Source of the DNA: an uncultured Acidobacteriota bacterium
Lineage (GTDB): Bacteria > Acidobacteriota > Terriglobia > UBA7540
Length of the DNA: 64,000 bases
NCBI GenBank assembly: GCA_963804995.1
Contig: CAWDSK010000004.1
Span: 150,505 to 214,504, forward strand
Reading direction: 5' to 3'
The notes beneath the pieces are model-generated. The model made no database searches and had not been told where the DNA came from. It saw nothing but the letters and a program-made list of their open reading frames with translations. Shown here piece by piece: positions 1-9,626 of the stretch. Position 1 is the stretch's first letter; every line of letters begins with the position of its first letter. A program made the position numbers and the translations under genes.

Positions 1-322
1 CGCGCGTGGACAACTCACAAAGGAAGAAATGGCGCAGCCACTTGGGTTCACTTTCTAGCACTAGGGCAGCAGTCCAGTAATCCAGCTTGTCAAAATACTG
101 CGGTCCCGCAAAGCCGTCGATGTAGGCTCCATGCTTCGTGATCTGAACGAAGAACTCCAAATAGCGCTGGACGAATCGCGCCTTGTGTTCCGTCCAAATT
201 GGCTCTTGAATTCGCTTGTATCTGCGTGTTTTCACCTGAAGGGATGGGGGTAGGTCTGGAAATAGAGGGGCGGCATAAGGAGATTCCGTTGATTCGTTTG
301 CTCGACTTCCCTTCGAGTTCAT
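1..322 (-). CDS. tcmP: Three-Cys-motif partner protein TcmP (SAM-dependent methyltransferase-like), N-terminal part; runs off the window
   Basis: Manual translation from ATG at 322 (ATGA overlap with the DUF5131 stop): ...IWTEHKARFVQRYL...AYIDGFAGPQ; classic partner of DUF5131. Confidence 0.8.
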   Translation of the reverse strand, partial: MNSKGSRANESTESPYAAPLFPDLPPSLQVKTRRYKRIQEPIWTEHKARFVQRYLEFFVQITKHGAYIDGFAGPQYFDKLDYWTAALVLESEPKWLRHFFLCELSTR

Positions 323-1122
323 GAAGTACCTTTAAACTCTGCCTCCAAAGTCACCGCCAAGCTTCGCCGCAGGGCTCGGCCAGGTATGGGCGCTTCAGCT
401 GTGAATGGAAACTCATCGTAGGTCTTGCCAGACAGTTCCCGGCCCGTCTTCTTCTTTTGGACTCCTCCCCACTGCTTGAAAAAGAAGGGAACCTTATATA
501 GACGGCATTGGTGGAGCAGATTTCGGACCCAAAATTCCTGCATTGGTCTTGCTCCAGGTCCGCTCTCTCCGCCCACTATTACCCAATCGATATCGGAGAG
601 GTCAATGGGACCGAGGTCCTCAAGTAGTGGTTCTATTGATAAGAACTTCACTCCCGCTGGAGTATTACGCAGGTGTTCTATGCGAGGACTGCCGTGCTTT
701 ATGTTCTCGACGCTAACTCCCCACCAGATGTGACGGGTAGAGGTTGCAAATTTCAGCGGACCGTTCAACATTTGCCCCAGTCGCTCGGAGCGTTTTGTGA
801 GAATCTGGTACGTGTGCCAACTCGCTTTCATCATTACGCTAACGACCCTAAGGATGAATTCGTCGGGCACGTCCACGTGGAACAAATCGCTCATGGAGTT
901 TACGAAGACCATGCTTGGCGATGTCCACTCGAACGGCTCAAAGAGCTTCTCTGGAACGAGGCGAAGATCAAAGCCCAATTCGTATGGGTGGCCTTTCACC
1001 CCCCGAAACCGTTCGGCAAAGGTCTCGGCATAGCAGTGCAGGCAGCCTGGACTAACCTTTGTGCAACCCCGCACCGGGTTCCATGTCGTATCCGTCCACT
1101 CGATCTTGGTCTTTGATGCCAT
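319..1122 (-). CDS. DUF5131 / phage Gp37-Gp68 family radical-SAM-like protein
   Basis: TKIEWTDTTWNPVRGCTKVSPGCLHCYAE, FVNSMSDLFH, WVIVGGESG, FFFKQWGG motifs. Confidence 0.93.
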   Translation of the reverse strand: MASKTKIEWTDTTWNPVRGCTKVSPGCLHCYAETFAERFRGVKGHPYELGFDLRLVPEKLFEPFEWTSPSMVFVNSMSDLFHVDVPDEFILRVVSVMMKASWHTYQILTKRSERLGQMLNGPLKFATSTRHIWWGVSVENIKHGSPRIEHLRNTPAGVKFLSIEPLLEDLGPIDLSDIDWVIVGGESGPGARPMQEFWVRNLLHQCRLYKVPFFFKQWGGVQKKKTGRELSGKTYDEFPFTAEAPIPGRALRRSLAVTLEAEFKGTS

Positions 1123-1690
1123 CCTGAGTCTCAATTCTAACCATTATTTTGCCAGTTCGGTATACACAAGATCGTTTGAGGCGCATGTAGTTCTCTCTGG
1201 AGCTGAGGTAATCCAATCCAAGGTAACGTCGCCTTGGTCTTTCGCGTCGCACACGCGGGCTTGGCTGACCAGCGCGCAACCTTGCCTTCCAAATTTTGGA
1301 AACTTGCCCCGGCGGGCGCTTGGTCGGCTGGATGGGGAGTGTGTCGGTAAAACCTGTCCCCGCTTTGTACGGGTTTTTCGGGGAACACCGGTTCCCCCCG
1401 GGTACCGGTGTCAGGTGGCCTTCCTCACTGATAAAGGACTCCTGCTTTCCTATGCTATAGTCCGCAAGCTTCAAAGTTCCAACGCGGAATTTTGATTTCC
1501 TGTCCCCTCCTCTCGTCTCACGCAGTCCATTCTCAGATTCATCCTTCGGTCGTTGCGCACGACCTATTTCCGGCTCTGGGCCGGGAGGATGACGGGGAGA
1601 TGCTCGCGGCAAGCCATCAGAGAATGGCCGTTAAGCACGACCGTTTTCCAAATTCTGGAAATAGGGGGGGCAGGTAGGTGATTCTGCGAC

Positions 1691-1720
1691 AAAAAAGGGG
1701 CGCCGAAGGGGTGGCGCCCC
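1691..1720 (-). terminator. Probable Rho-independent terminator
   Basis: Minus strand GGGGCGCC-loop-GGCGCCCC followed by TTTTTT. Confidence 0.55.
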
Positions 1721-2036
1721 GCTGGGGTGAGGTGACAGTAACCCCAGCATCAGAAGTAATCGATTTGATCCGTAACCTTCAAGGCTAGCCCACCAGCAGC
1801 AGTGTGTCAAGCATACTAAACGCGCGTAGCGGACTACTTTGACTTTCTTCGCTTGCGGCTTGCCCTCGCGGTTCCGTTATGGCAGACTTGGGCGAAGCCA
1901 TCCGCCTAATGGCCGAAATTGACGCGGCCATTCCCAAGTGGCCGATGGAAAGCGGCTCATGTGCAAGAGTCCAGAGACAGTCTAGCGAAATATAAAAAGG
2001 CCACTGGCGAGCGCTCCTTAAAGGGGGTTTCCAGAA

Positions 2037-2426
2037 ATGACAGCACAGGAAATGGCCGACCGGATTCTCGACTTAATTGCAATGAGGAATGACACCACTT
2101 TTGCCGAAATCTTCAACGTAATCGGGGAAGAAGCGAAGGGCGACCTGATATGGGAAATCTCTCCCAACACGGTACTTTGGACGGGAATGTCGCAAGCACT
2201 GCTCGATGCCTTCAAGATAATGCATGACAAGATCATCCCTCATCCGACCGATTTCTTGGTATATCTCTACGATGGTGGAGCGCTTGACCTTCCAGTCGCC
2301 AAAACAATTTCTAGGACTGGGTACAAGAAACCACATTGGCTTCCCGTTGTCTTCCGCTTCAGAAACGAGGTAGAACGCCAAGGCCGAGAAAAAAAATACA
2401 TTGAGCGTGGTGACTGCGAATTCTGA
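2037..2426 (+). CDS. Hypothetical protein resembling small phage-satellite/pathogenicity-island proteins
   Basis: RBS-like AAGGGGG; motif LVYLYDGGALDLPVAK...YKKPHWLPVVF. Confidence 0.6.
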   Translation: MTAQEMADRILDLIAMRNDTTFAEIFNVIGEEAKGDLIWEISPNTVLWTGMSQALLDAFKIMHDKIIPHPTDFLVYLYDGGALDLPVAKTISRTGYKKPHWLPVVFRFRNEVERQGREKKYIERGDCEF

Positions 2427-2505
2427 TTGCTCTAGATTTAAGACGACACCACCACCGACCGCCACTTTCCAAATTTTGGAAACTGTCGCGCCTCGGCGGG
2501 TTCCG

Positions 2506-2904
2506 TCATGGGGTCGGGGCCGCTGCGACTCGGTATAGATCCGCCGACAATCTCATCAGGGCCTCGGGCGTCAACTGGTTTCGCGGCGAGAGGCCGAGCG
2601 CAGATGGCATTAGAGTGTCACCCGGCGCCGTCGGATTCTCGCCCATTATTTCGAGCAATTCATCCTCAAGTTGCGCGGTCGATGCCTCTGCTGGGTCGCG
2701 CAATGGCTCAAATAAAAACTGCATTGCCAACCCGCCGATCAGCGTGGCAAGAGTTTCCCGATAGACTTCCCCTTCGCACAACTCCCCGCGTTCGATCTTC
2801 GACGCGGACTCCGTACTAAGCCCCGCTTGCTGGGCGAGGGTTTCCTCTGTCCATCCTAATTCGGAAACGGCGCGGCGCAGGGCGTCCACGACATCGTTGG
2901 ACAT
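2506..2904 (-). CDS. XRE-family HTH protein
   Basis: AGGAGG RBS; LRRAVSELGWTEETLAQQAGLSTESASKIERGE. Confidence 0.7.
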   Translation of the reverse strand: MSNDVVDALRRAVSELGWTEETLAQQAGLSTESASKIERGELCEGEVYRETLATLIGGLAMQFLFEPLRDPAEASTAQLEDELLEIMGENPTAPGDTLMPSALGLSPRNQLTPEALMRLSADLYRVAAAPTP

Positions 2905-3045
2905 CGGACCTCCTGACTTTATTGTTTTTTGGAAAGCGAAGGCGGCTCGGCAGGAAGGACTTACAAAGAAATTATCGCATTGCGCGGACGATTCGGGGAA
3001 ACAAAATCTCACGGGGAGTTTCCGAAATTTGGAAAGGGATCTCGC

Positions 3046-3348
3046 TTATTCATTGTGACTCTTGAGAATGATGCTGTTCATTGGTCCCTGTACATCCGTC
3101 CTCGCTATCGCTTGGTCCCTGACCCTCAATACGTCACTCCGCGACTGCCTGTCACACCATGAGGTTTGGATTATTAGTTGCCAGTGGGGAAGTTGTGCAG
3201 GCTTATTCCATCGAGCTGTTGTGCCTTTGATTCCTATAGAACGCAGGGCCGCTATGAGCTTACCCTTGATGTCGTTTCTTTCGTCTTCGGATAGAGCAGT
3301 CCAATCTCGCATAGCTTGGAGTATCACACCACTCCGGGCCGGAAACAA
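3046..3348 (-). CDS. Hypothetical protein
   Basis: ~100-aa ORF filling the interval between palindromes 4 and 5; start uncertain. Confidence 0.5.
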   Translation of the reverse strand: MFPARSGVILQAMRDWTALSEDERNDIKGKLIAALRSIGIKGTTARWNKPAQLPHWQLIIQTSWCDRQSRSDVLRVRDQAIARTDVQGPMNSIILKSHNE

Positions 3349-3634
3349 GGGGCGAGAAATTCAAACTGTACCATCACCAGAAGTTTGGATTCCTTGGCTA
3401 CGGAGGCACGAGTACGCTCTTTTGGTTCTCGTAACAGGTTGGGGGTTGATTCAGCCTCCAAGCTATTTTTGGATGATTTCTGGATTTCCAAATTTTGGAA
3501 AGTCGCTTGCTTCGCATTCCCAGCAGGAGTAATTCTGTAACAAATTTCGGTAGACTAGTTTTGAGAAACTTTGCGGCCGTTGAGCATGACTCCCACCTTG
3601 AGAGCCCCACCCAACGACCATAGGAGGCCGCAAC

Positions 3635-4111
3635 ATGAAGAACTTGTTTACTGGTTTACTTTGCACCATCATTCTCACCGTTCCCCGTGTGGCTGTCGCA
3701 GGGGACAACGGTTACAAGGTCAACTATGACGGCGGCTCGTTTTCTGACTTGAAGGCCGGAACTGGCTTGCAAATGTACCTCGAACCGCATCAGATCCGGT
3801 TCGTGAAAGATAAGGCGGATATAGCCACAATTCCGGCTTCCGCGATTACTGAAATCAGCTACGGCCAGGATGTGCACCGCCGAGTCGGAACGGCGGTTGC
3901 TGTAGGGATCGCCTCATTCGGAATAGGCGCACTGACGGCGCTCAGCAAGTCCAAGAAGCACTTCATCGGCCTGACCTGGGCCAATGGTGACCAAAAGGGT
4001 GGGCTTGCAATACAGTGCGACAAGAATAACTATCGCGGCATCCTAGCCGGGCTAGAGGGCATCACCGGCAAGAAGGCCGTCAACTCAGAGACGATGACGG
4101 TTAAGAATTAA
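3635..4111 (+). CDS. Secreted hypothetical protein
   Basis: AGGAGG RBS, signal peptide (AVA), globular mature region. Confidence 0.75.
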   Translation: MKNLFTGLLCTIILTVPRVAVAGDNGYKVNYDGGSFSDLKAGTGLQMYLEPHQIRFVKDKADIATIPASAITEISYGQDVHRRVGTAVAVGIASFGIGALTALSKSKKHFIGLTWANGDQKGGLAIQCDKNNYRGILAGLEGITGKKAVNSETMTVKN

Positions 4112-4534
4112 GGCAACCCTCTCCAGCGTGCCGGTGAGTGTAACGCTGAGTGCTATACTGATAATCGAGGTCCCCGAGGCATAGGCCACCCTCAGATTGA
4201 AACCCACCCTCCTCATGCCAAGCCTCGGGGCCTCACGTTTAACTCGCCCTGACCCTTTCCAAATTTTGGAAAGCCAGCCGCACCCCCCTCTATTCCACGC
4301 TGGCGACCGATGGCTCCCTCTGCGGCCTGTTTTGCCTGCGCCCCTTCTTTAGTTCCTCGCGAAGTTTCAGGCCAAGCCCTACCCTCTGGTCGTAGTCAAG
4401 GTGTCGGCGCAGTAGGTTCATGGCAATGCGGAGTTCCACTTTGGATGGTTTCTGGTATGATTGCAGCCTTCAACCTAGGATTGGCCCCCACAGTTGCTTA
4501 GATTCTGGGATGAAAGTAAGGGAAAAGGGAAACG

Positions 4535-4798
4535 ATGAGACCTAAACGAAACCCTGCGGAGGCATCTCTGAAGTCGGCGATTGGCTACCCTGAAGTGTGC
4601 CCCTATTGCAATAAACCGGGCCTTGTTCAATCCGTTTCTGGCAGAAATCTCGTATGCCAGGGATGCGGGCGCATCGTGGTGATAGACGAGAATGCTCTAG
4701 CGGCACAAAACAAGATGGCAGAATATCGGAATTCGCTATCGAGCCGCAGAAATCTCAGGCATACGCGCAGTCGAAGTGCCATAATTCTGGCCGCCTAG
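4535..4798 (+). CDS. Small Zn-ribbon protein (putative)
   Basis: CPYC...CQGC, purine-rich RBS. Confidence 0.45.
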   Translation: MRPKRNPAEASLKSAIGYPEVCPYCNKPGLVQSVSGRNLVCQGCGRIVVIDENALAAQNKMAEYRNSLSSRRNLRHTRSRSAIILAA

Positions 4799-4899
4799 CC
4801 CTGCCTTGTGGCATCGAAGAAATTTGGTCAAGGTTGGGGAAGTCCTTCGGATCGCGCAACCGTAACCGACTCCACATGCGGTCCCGTTCCCACAATCTC

Positions 4900-5260
4900 T
4901 GTTCCCATGTTTTCGGCCCCCCTCCCGCTTCGCCACCTGAAGGGCGCGATTTAGGGTGATTTCCTCACTTGCCACCTTCTCGGCAAGTTCGGGGCGCTTT
5001 GTCTACAGTTCGCGGGCACGGGCCATTGTAGCTTCGGATACGCCAGCTTCTTTGGCCGACGTGCAATGAGATTTAGAGCCGTGGTGTTTCTTGCCCGCAC
5101 CAGGTCTCCCATCAACTGAGGGGAGACCTGACAATCTCTTACCATCCTCTGTGCGGGGTTGTTCCTTGGTTGCCTTGCTGCGCTTCCCATTCGATTCAGC
5201 CTTGATCTGTGCCTGCCGCTTCGCCCATTGGTTGCTCTCCAGTTCCATCTTTACCTGAAG
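4900..5260 (-). pseudogene. Remnant of a phage ParB-like HTH protein with an in-frame TAG; limits approximate
   Basis: AKEAGVSEATMARAREL*TKRPELAEKVASEEITLNRAL read across the stop at 5003-5005. Confidence 0.4.
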
Positions 5261-5641
5261 GACGGAAATCGTTCCCGGCTGGTTGCGCCAATAAGAAATT
5301 TCCGTAGTAATGCGTGTGCTCCAGAGAGCGTCCTGAGCACCCCCGCCTGGTCTTTTTTTCGACACCGGGGGGTGTCGCCCACCGCCTGCGCCCAGGCCCA
5401 CAAACCCCAGCAAACATGCGGGTATTGGCGCAGTCCAGCGCATTCCAGTAATACTCTGCGTGGCAATGCACACAAATAATATATTTGGAAGAGTGTAACC
5501 TATTTACTTCTGCGCAGATGTGGGGCAGTCAATCTAGGACACCACGCCGACTGGTACGGTTCGTGCGGGGAAAGGTTACGGGAAGAGCGGATGTGTCAAC
5601 ACCCGTTCTTCCCTAACCACACAGCCTACACAGGAGGCAAT

Positions 5642-6070
5642 ATGGCTACCCAGAGTTTAACCACCTACGTTACTCATGGCAACCCAGACCCTCGGCGTAT
5701 TCCCCTAGATGATCCTCGGGTTCACAGACTCCCGCCGGGGCCAGAAAACCCCGACCTGAATTTTGACGACTACCAGTTCCAGGGCGGGCGGACGGGGCAC
5801 CAAGTTGTCGATACGGTCGGGGGCGGTGGTTGCACACCAATCCCTGCCATCCGACTCGCTGTCGAAGAATCGCAGGGACACCGGTTCGCATCTGCGGCGA
5901 CGGCGGAAAATCTTCGCAAGATCCCGCGCCTTCAAATGCGCGTCTTTACGGCCTTTTACTGGGGGTTCGCCACACATGCGGAGATCGGTTCCGCACTCGG
6001 GATCACGCGCCTTAATTCGAGGGTTTTGCTTTGCAGGGCACGAAAGCATCTTGAGGCGCTGGCACACTAA
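5642..6070 (+). CDS. Protein with a C-terminal sigma-70 region-4-like HTH
   Basis: AGGAGG RBS; LRKIPRLQMRVFTAFYWGFATHAEIGSALGITRLNSRVLLCRARKHL. Confidence 0.55.
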   Translation: MATQSLTTYVTHGNPDPRRIPLDDPRVHRLPPGPENPDLNFDDYQFQGGRTGHQVVDTVGGGGCTPIPAIRLAVEESQGHRFASAATAENLRKIPRLQMRVFTAFYWGFATHAEIGSALGITRLNSRVLLCRARKHLEALAH

Positions 6071-6614
6071 ATTGTGCTTTGCGGTTGTAACGTCTGTCTC
6101 TACAGTCAACTTATCAGAGGATTCACACCCGCCGACCAATCGGCAGGTTTCGAGTGGTGAAAGCGCAGCGTGGTCGAACAACCGGGGTCGGCACCTGTCG
6201 GCCCCGGCTTTTTAAAGATTGATCTCCCCTCCATCGTAGCCCCCAGGAGCGCTCTAAAGCCGGGGTCGGCTCCCAACCGACCCCGGCCCACCTTTCCAAA
6301 TTTTGGAAAATTGGCAATCGGCCTGCCCATTATCGGGCGAAGTTATCCGCGCAGTTTGGCGGGGAATGGCCGAACGGCACGTCACAGTCTACTCATATTG
6401 TGACATTGGAACCCCGATTGCCGTTTGTAAGTCCTTTGGATTCGGTTCTACAAAATCTCATATCTCGTGTGTAATGTGACATTCGCGGGTAATTTGAGAC
6501 TCTGCATTGCCTACCTTGGTGTGGATGTCCGCCCATACCCCTTGGTGACAGGGGAAAATTTCGCGCACCACGGTTGACCCCTGTGCCACTGAGCGCACCA
6601 CCGGAGACGCACCA

Positions 6615-6659
6615 TGAGGCTAAGCCCTTTGTTTGTGAGGCTAAGCCCTTTGTTTGTGA
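6615..6659 (+). repeat. Perfect 21-bp tandem duplication upstream of the recombinase
   Basis: TGAGGCTAAGCCCTTTGTTTG x2 plus TGA. Confidence 0.9.
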
Positions 6660-6722
6660 TGTCACGTTACATACCATGTGTGGCATTCAAGTTGCTCATC
6701 TCCCAGTCGGAGGGAAACCCAC

Positions 6723-7304
6723 ATGGCACGCTCTAACCGGCAAGCACTCACGACGGACGAACTTCTGGCAGTCCTGAAGGTAGCCAAGGAGCACAGCACG
6801 CGGGATTGGGCACTTCTGGTCACAATCTATCGGCATGGCTTGAGGGCATCGGAGGCAGCGGCGCTAACGCTTGGCGACATGCAGGACGGTCAATTGACCG
6901 TGGCTCGGGTGAAGGGGTCACTTAAGACCACACAGCCGGTTTGTAAGCACCCCGGCCAACCGCTGCTTGATGAGGTCAAGGCATGGGCGTCTTGGATGAA
7001 AGGGCGCCCGCAAGATGGAAGTGGAGCAGTGTTCACTTCCCGGAAGGGTGGGCACCTGACGCGGGAACAGGTTTATCGGATATTCCACCAGCACGCTGAG
7101 ACCGCCAAACTCCCACCGGAGAAGCGCTTTGTCCACGTCCTGAAACACAGTCTGGCGAGTCACCTAATCGCGGGCAATGCGAACCTTGCAATGGTGCAGG
7201 TAGCCCTCGGGCACGCCAGCTTGTCGAGCACCCAGGCTTACATTCACGTTTCCGACGCCCAGGCCGCAGTCGCCAGTCAGCGAGCGTTGATGTCACTCTT
7301 CTGA
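6723..7304 (+). CDS. Short (193 aa) tyrosine recombinase, FimB/FimE-like, catalytic domain only
   Basis: RDWALL..YRHGLRASE, RVKGS, HVLKHSLASHL, LGH..LSSTQAY. Confidence 0.88.
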   Translation: MARSNRQALTTDELLAVLKVAKEHSTRDWALLVTIYRHGLRASEAAALTLGDMQDGQLTVARVKGSLKTTQPVCKHPGQPLLDEVKAWASWMKGRPQDGSGAVFTSRKGGHLTREQVYRIFHQHAETAKLPPEKRFVHVLKHSLASHLIAGNANLAMVQVALGHASLSSTQAYIHVSDAQAAVASQRALMSLF

Positions 7305-7505
7305 TTCCTGGAATGCCGCTTAAAATGGCCCGCTGTCGCGTCCAGTGCCACGCAGACGCACGCGGGGTAAAAGCGCAAGGGGTTCTGGGCATGGCTAAGG
7401 ACGAGTACCAGTTGAGTACCACTTCACCGTTCTAGTGGTCCTTTTGCGTGCTTTTCGGTTGCCAAGCGTGCCGCAATATCAACGAGATACCCTAGTGCTG
7501 CCAGA

Positions 7506-7550
7506 TTCGTAAACCGAGGGTCACCAGTTCAAATCTGGTCGTCGGCTCCA
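7506..7550 (+). other. att site: 3' half of tRNA-Thr(CGT), right boundary of the island
   Basis: TTCGTAA anticodon loop, ACCAG-TTCAAAT-CTGGT T-arm, GTCGGCTCCA end; no 5' half present; tandem GAGTACCA(G/C)TT arm-like repeats at 7403-7424. Confidence 0.85.
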
Positions 7551-7676
7551 ATCCCTAAATTGTTTTCCAGAGCAGTAATTCCTTGCAGCACAGATTGGAA
7601 GGACGGGAGCGGTTCGCAAGCCGCCCGCACGAAATTTCGAGCGATTGCCGCAGACCAATCGGGAGGCAGTAAACGA

Positions 7677-8336
7677 ATGAAGGCAATTCTATTCGGAGCA
7701 TCAGGGATGGTCGGGCAAGGTGTCTTGCGCGAATGCCTGCTCGATCCTGAAGTTACTGCCGTCCTCTCAATCGTACGCCGTAGCACCGGGCAACAACACC
7801 CGAAGCTGCGCGAAATCGTCCATAACGATTTCTTCAACTTTTCTGCGCTTGAACCCGACCTGACGGAACTGGATGCCTGCTTCTTTTGCCTCGGCGTCTC
7901 TTCCGCGGGCATGTCCGAAGAAAGCTATCGGCGTATTACTTACGACATCACCCTGGCCGCAGCCGAAACCTTGGTGAAGCTCAACCCATCCCTGACCTTC
8001 ATTTATGTTTCTGGTGCAGGCACGGACAGTTCCGAGCATGGCCGCACGATGTGGGCCCGAGTGAAAGGACACACCGAAAACGCCCTGCTGCGCTTGCCGT
8101 TCAAAGCAGCGTACATGTTCCGCCCCGCCTTGATTGTGCCGCTCCACGGGATCACGTCCAGGACCAAGCTCTATCGGGTCTCTTACGCTGTACTGGGCCC
8201 GCTCCTCCCGGTTTTGAAAGCACTCATGCCAAAGTATGTCACCACAACCGAGAAACTGGGGCGGGCCATGCTCATCGCGGCCAAGCGAGGTGCACCCAAG
8301 CCAATCCTTGAAACCTCAGACATAAACAATCTTTAA
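7677..8336 (+). CDS. NAD(P)-binding epimerase/oxidoreductase family protein
   Basis: MKAILFGASGMVGQGVL Rossmann motif; ACFFCLGVSS. Confidence 0.9.
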   Translation: MKAILFGASGMVGQGVLRECLLDPEVTAVLSIVRRSTGQQHPKLREIVHNDFFNFSALEPDLTELDACFFCLGVSSAGMSEESYRRITYDITLAAAETLVKLNPSLTFIYVSGAGTDSSEHGRTMWARVKGHTENALLRLPFKAAYMFRPALIVPLHGITSRTKLYRVSYAVLGPLLPVLKALMPKYVTTTEKLGRAMLIAAKRGAPKPILETSDINNL

Positions 8337-8514
8337 GGTCACCGGCCTCCACGGCTGAAAGTCCGCCGATCTTAATGGGTGACCACCGTTCGGCCCGGGC
8401 CAGTGCCGCAGGCCCCTACACCTTGGGTTGCGGCCCCCCCGCCCTGCGCAGCGGAGTGCCCACGGGCCGCGGACCTACAAATCAGGTCTGCTACGCCTTC
8501 TGTTCCAAGAGCGC

Positions 8515-8835
8515 TTACGATACGGCGGCGCGCAGTCTAAACTGAATCCCTTCCTGATCGAGCAAATAGGAAACGATGGCAAACAGATTTTGCGCTTGGG
8601 GATTACCCTGCGGTCCGAGCATCCGCATCAGGCTTTTGGGCGAGCGGTGGGTGGCCTCGGCCAACTCGACAAATCCGATCGTGGCATTGATGTAGTCGCG
8701 GAGCACGGTCTTGCCCGTCTCGACGTCTCCGTTCAGCATGGTTTCCACACCCTCGCGGAGAAGTTCCCGGCGAAAGGCGGGATCGCGTTGGACGCGCGCT
8801 TTGATGGTTTCCTTAAAATCGCGAGTCAGAGCCAT
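8515..8835 (-). CDS. Addiction-module antitoxin / HTH transcriptional regulator
   Basis: MALTRDFKETIKARVQRDPAFRRELL...KSLMRMLGPQGNPQAQNLF. Confidence 0.85.
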   Translation of the reverse strand: MALTRDFKETIKARVQRDPAFRRELLREGVETMLNGDVETGKTVLRDYINATIGFVELAEATHRSPKSLMRMLGPQGNPQAQNLFAIVSYLLDQEGIQFRLRAAVS

Positions 8836-9003
8836 TATTGGTCTCCCTCTTTCTTCGGCTAAATTGCCATGGCCTAACCGCGTCACTGCCATAGTCACCT
8901 TCGCGGCAGCCGGCGCGTGCAGGTTGTCAAACCAAATCGCGAAGGGACCGTTTCCCTCGTGGTCCAGATACTCGCGCACATCGACCAAACCCAATGGTAA
9001 CAT
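8836..9003 (-). pseudogene. Truncated RelE/ParE-type addiction-module toxin, C-terminal part missing
   Basis: DVREYLDHEGNGPFAIWFDNL..AAAKVTMAVTRLGHGNL, then runs directly into the antitoxin RBS region. Confidence 0.7.
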
Positions 9004-9061
9004 ATCTGGTACCAATGCCAAGCAGGTAGTTACAAGCCGCAGTTAATTCTCTCGTGCTCCT

Positions 9062-9291
9062 AGACTTTCCCTTCGATCGCAAACCCACAGTCAATTTCCA
9101 AGACGAATTGACCGTGGCCACCTCCGGGTCACACAACTTCCGGCGCTGTTCGAAGGGGTGATTGCAATCATGCGATGTAGGGGTAGGGCTCTCGACTCCG
9201 TCGGGACAGGTTGCCCTACCCGGCGTTCCGCATGATGAATGCGGAACCAGGGGGCGGGTCGCCGCGGCGACTCCCCCTACGGCAGAAGGGT
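9062..9291 (+). repeat. Composite REP/MITE-like element (family D); inverted near-copy at ~28147-28400, shorter copies at ~11925-12012 and ~12754-12838
   Basis: Hairpin CCAC(A/G)GTCAATT..AGACGAATTGACCGTGG shared by all copies; the longer segment is shared with 28147-28343. Confidence 0.85.
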
Positions 9292-9311
9292 GTGTGGACA
9301 CAACCCTTGCG

Positions 9312-9608
9312 TTAGCTGGTGGCTGTGGCGAAGAACTGCTTGACGTGCAGCTTCTTGGCGTGGCGCTTCGCTTGCCACAGATCGTAGGCAAGCTGCATCT
9401 GCAACCAGTGCTCCGGCGTGCTCCCAAACGCCTGGGCGAGGCGCAGCGCCATTTCCGCCGTGATTCCGGAGCGGCCGTTGAGAATCGACGAGAGGGTCTT
9501 GCGCGTGACTCCCAAGCCCTTCGCCGCCTCGGTCACACTCAACCCAAGCGCCTTAAGGCAGTCCTCCCGGACTATTTCGCCGGGATGCGGGGGATTGTAC
9601 ATATCCAT
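9312..9608 (-). CDS. higA: HigA family antitoxin
   Basis: [16 protein letters not shown]...[29 protein letters not shown]. Confidence 0.93.
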   Translation of the reverse strand: MDMYNPPHPGEIVREDCLKALGLSVTEAAKGLGVTRKTLSSILNGRSGITAEMALRLAQAFGSTPEHWLQMQLAYDLWQAKRHAKKLHVKQFFATATS

Positions 9609-9626
9609 GTTAGTTCTCTCCTCTCG

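Larger units (their letters stand above)
1286..6309. repeat. Seven dispersed copies of the 17-bp palindrome TTTCCAAATTTTGGAAA
   Basis: Copies at 1286-1302 (1 mismatch), 1645-1661 (1 mismatch), 2466-2482, 3019-3035 (inverted, 1 mismatch), 3485-3501, 4256-4272, 6293-6309; all intergenic. Confidence 0.95.

Noticed and set aside
1882..1953. Peptide GEAIRLMAEIDAAIPKWPME resembling the C-terminus of a restriction-modification methyltransferase
   Set aside because: Too short to support without a search; at most a relic
4167..4234. Hairpin GAGGTCCCCGAGGC...GCCTCGGGGCCTC as a possible ncRNA
   Set aside because: Single copy with no recognisable family; could be chance or a terminator-like structure
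1286..6309. Palindrome series as a CRISPR array
   Set aside because: The repeat is only 17 bp, spacing is irregular (about 0.36-2 kb) with genes between copies, and there are no cas genes
8515..9021. 168-aa toxin-antitoxin fusion protein
   Set aside because: Better explained as a deleted toxin remnant that happens to be in frame with an antitoxin having its own RBS
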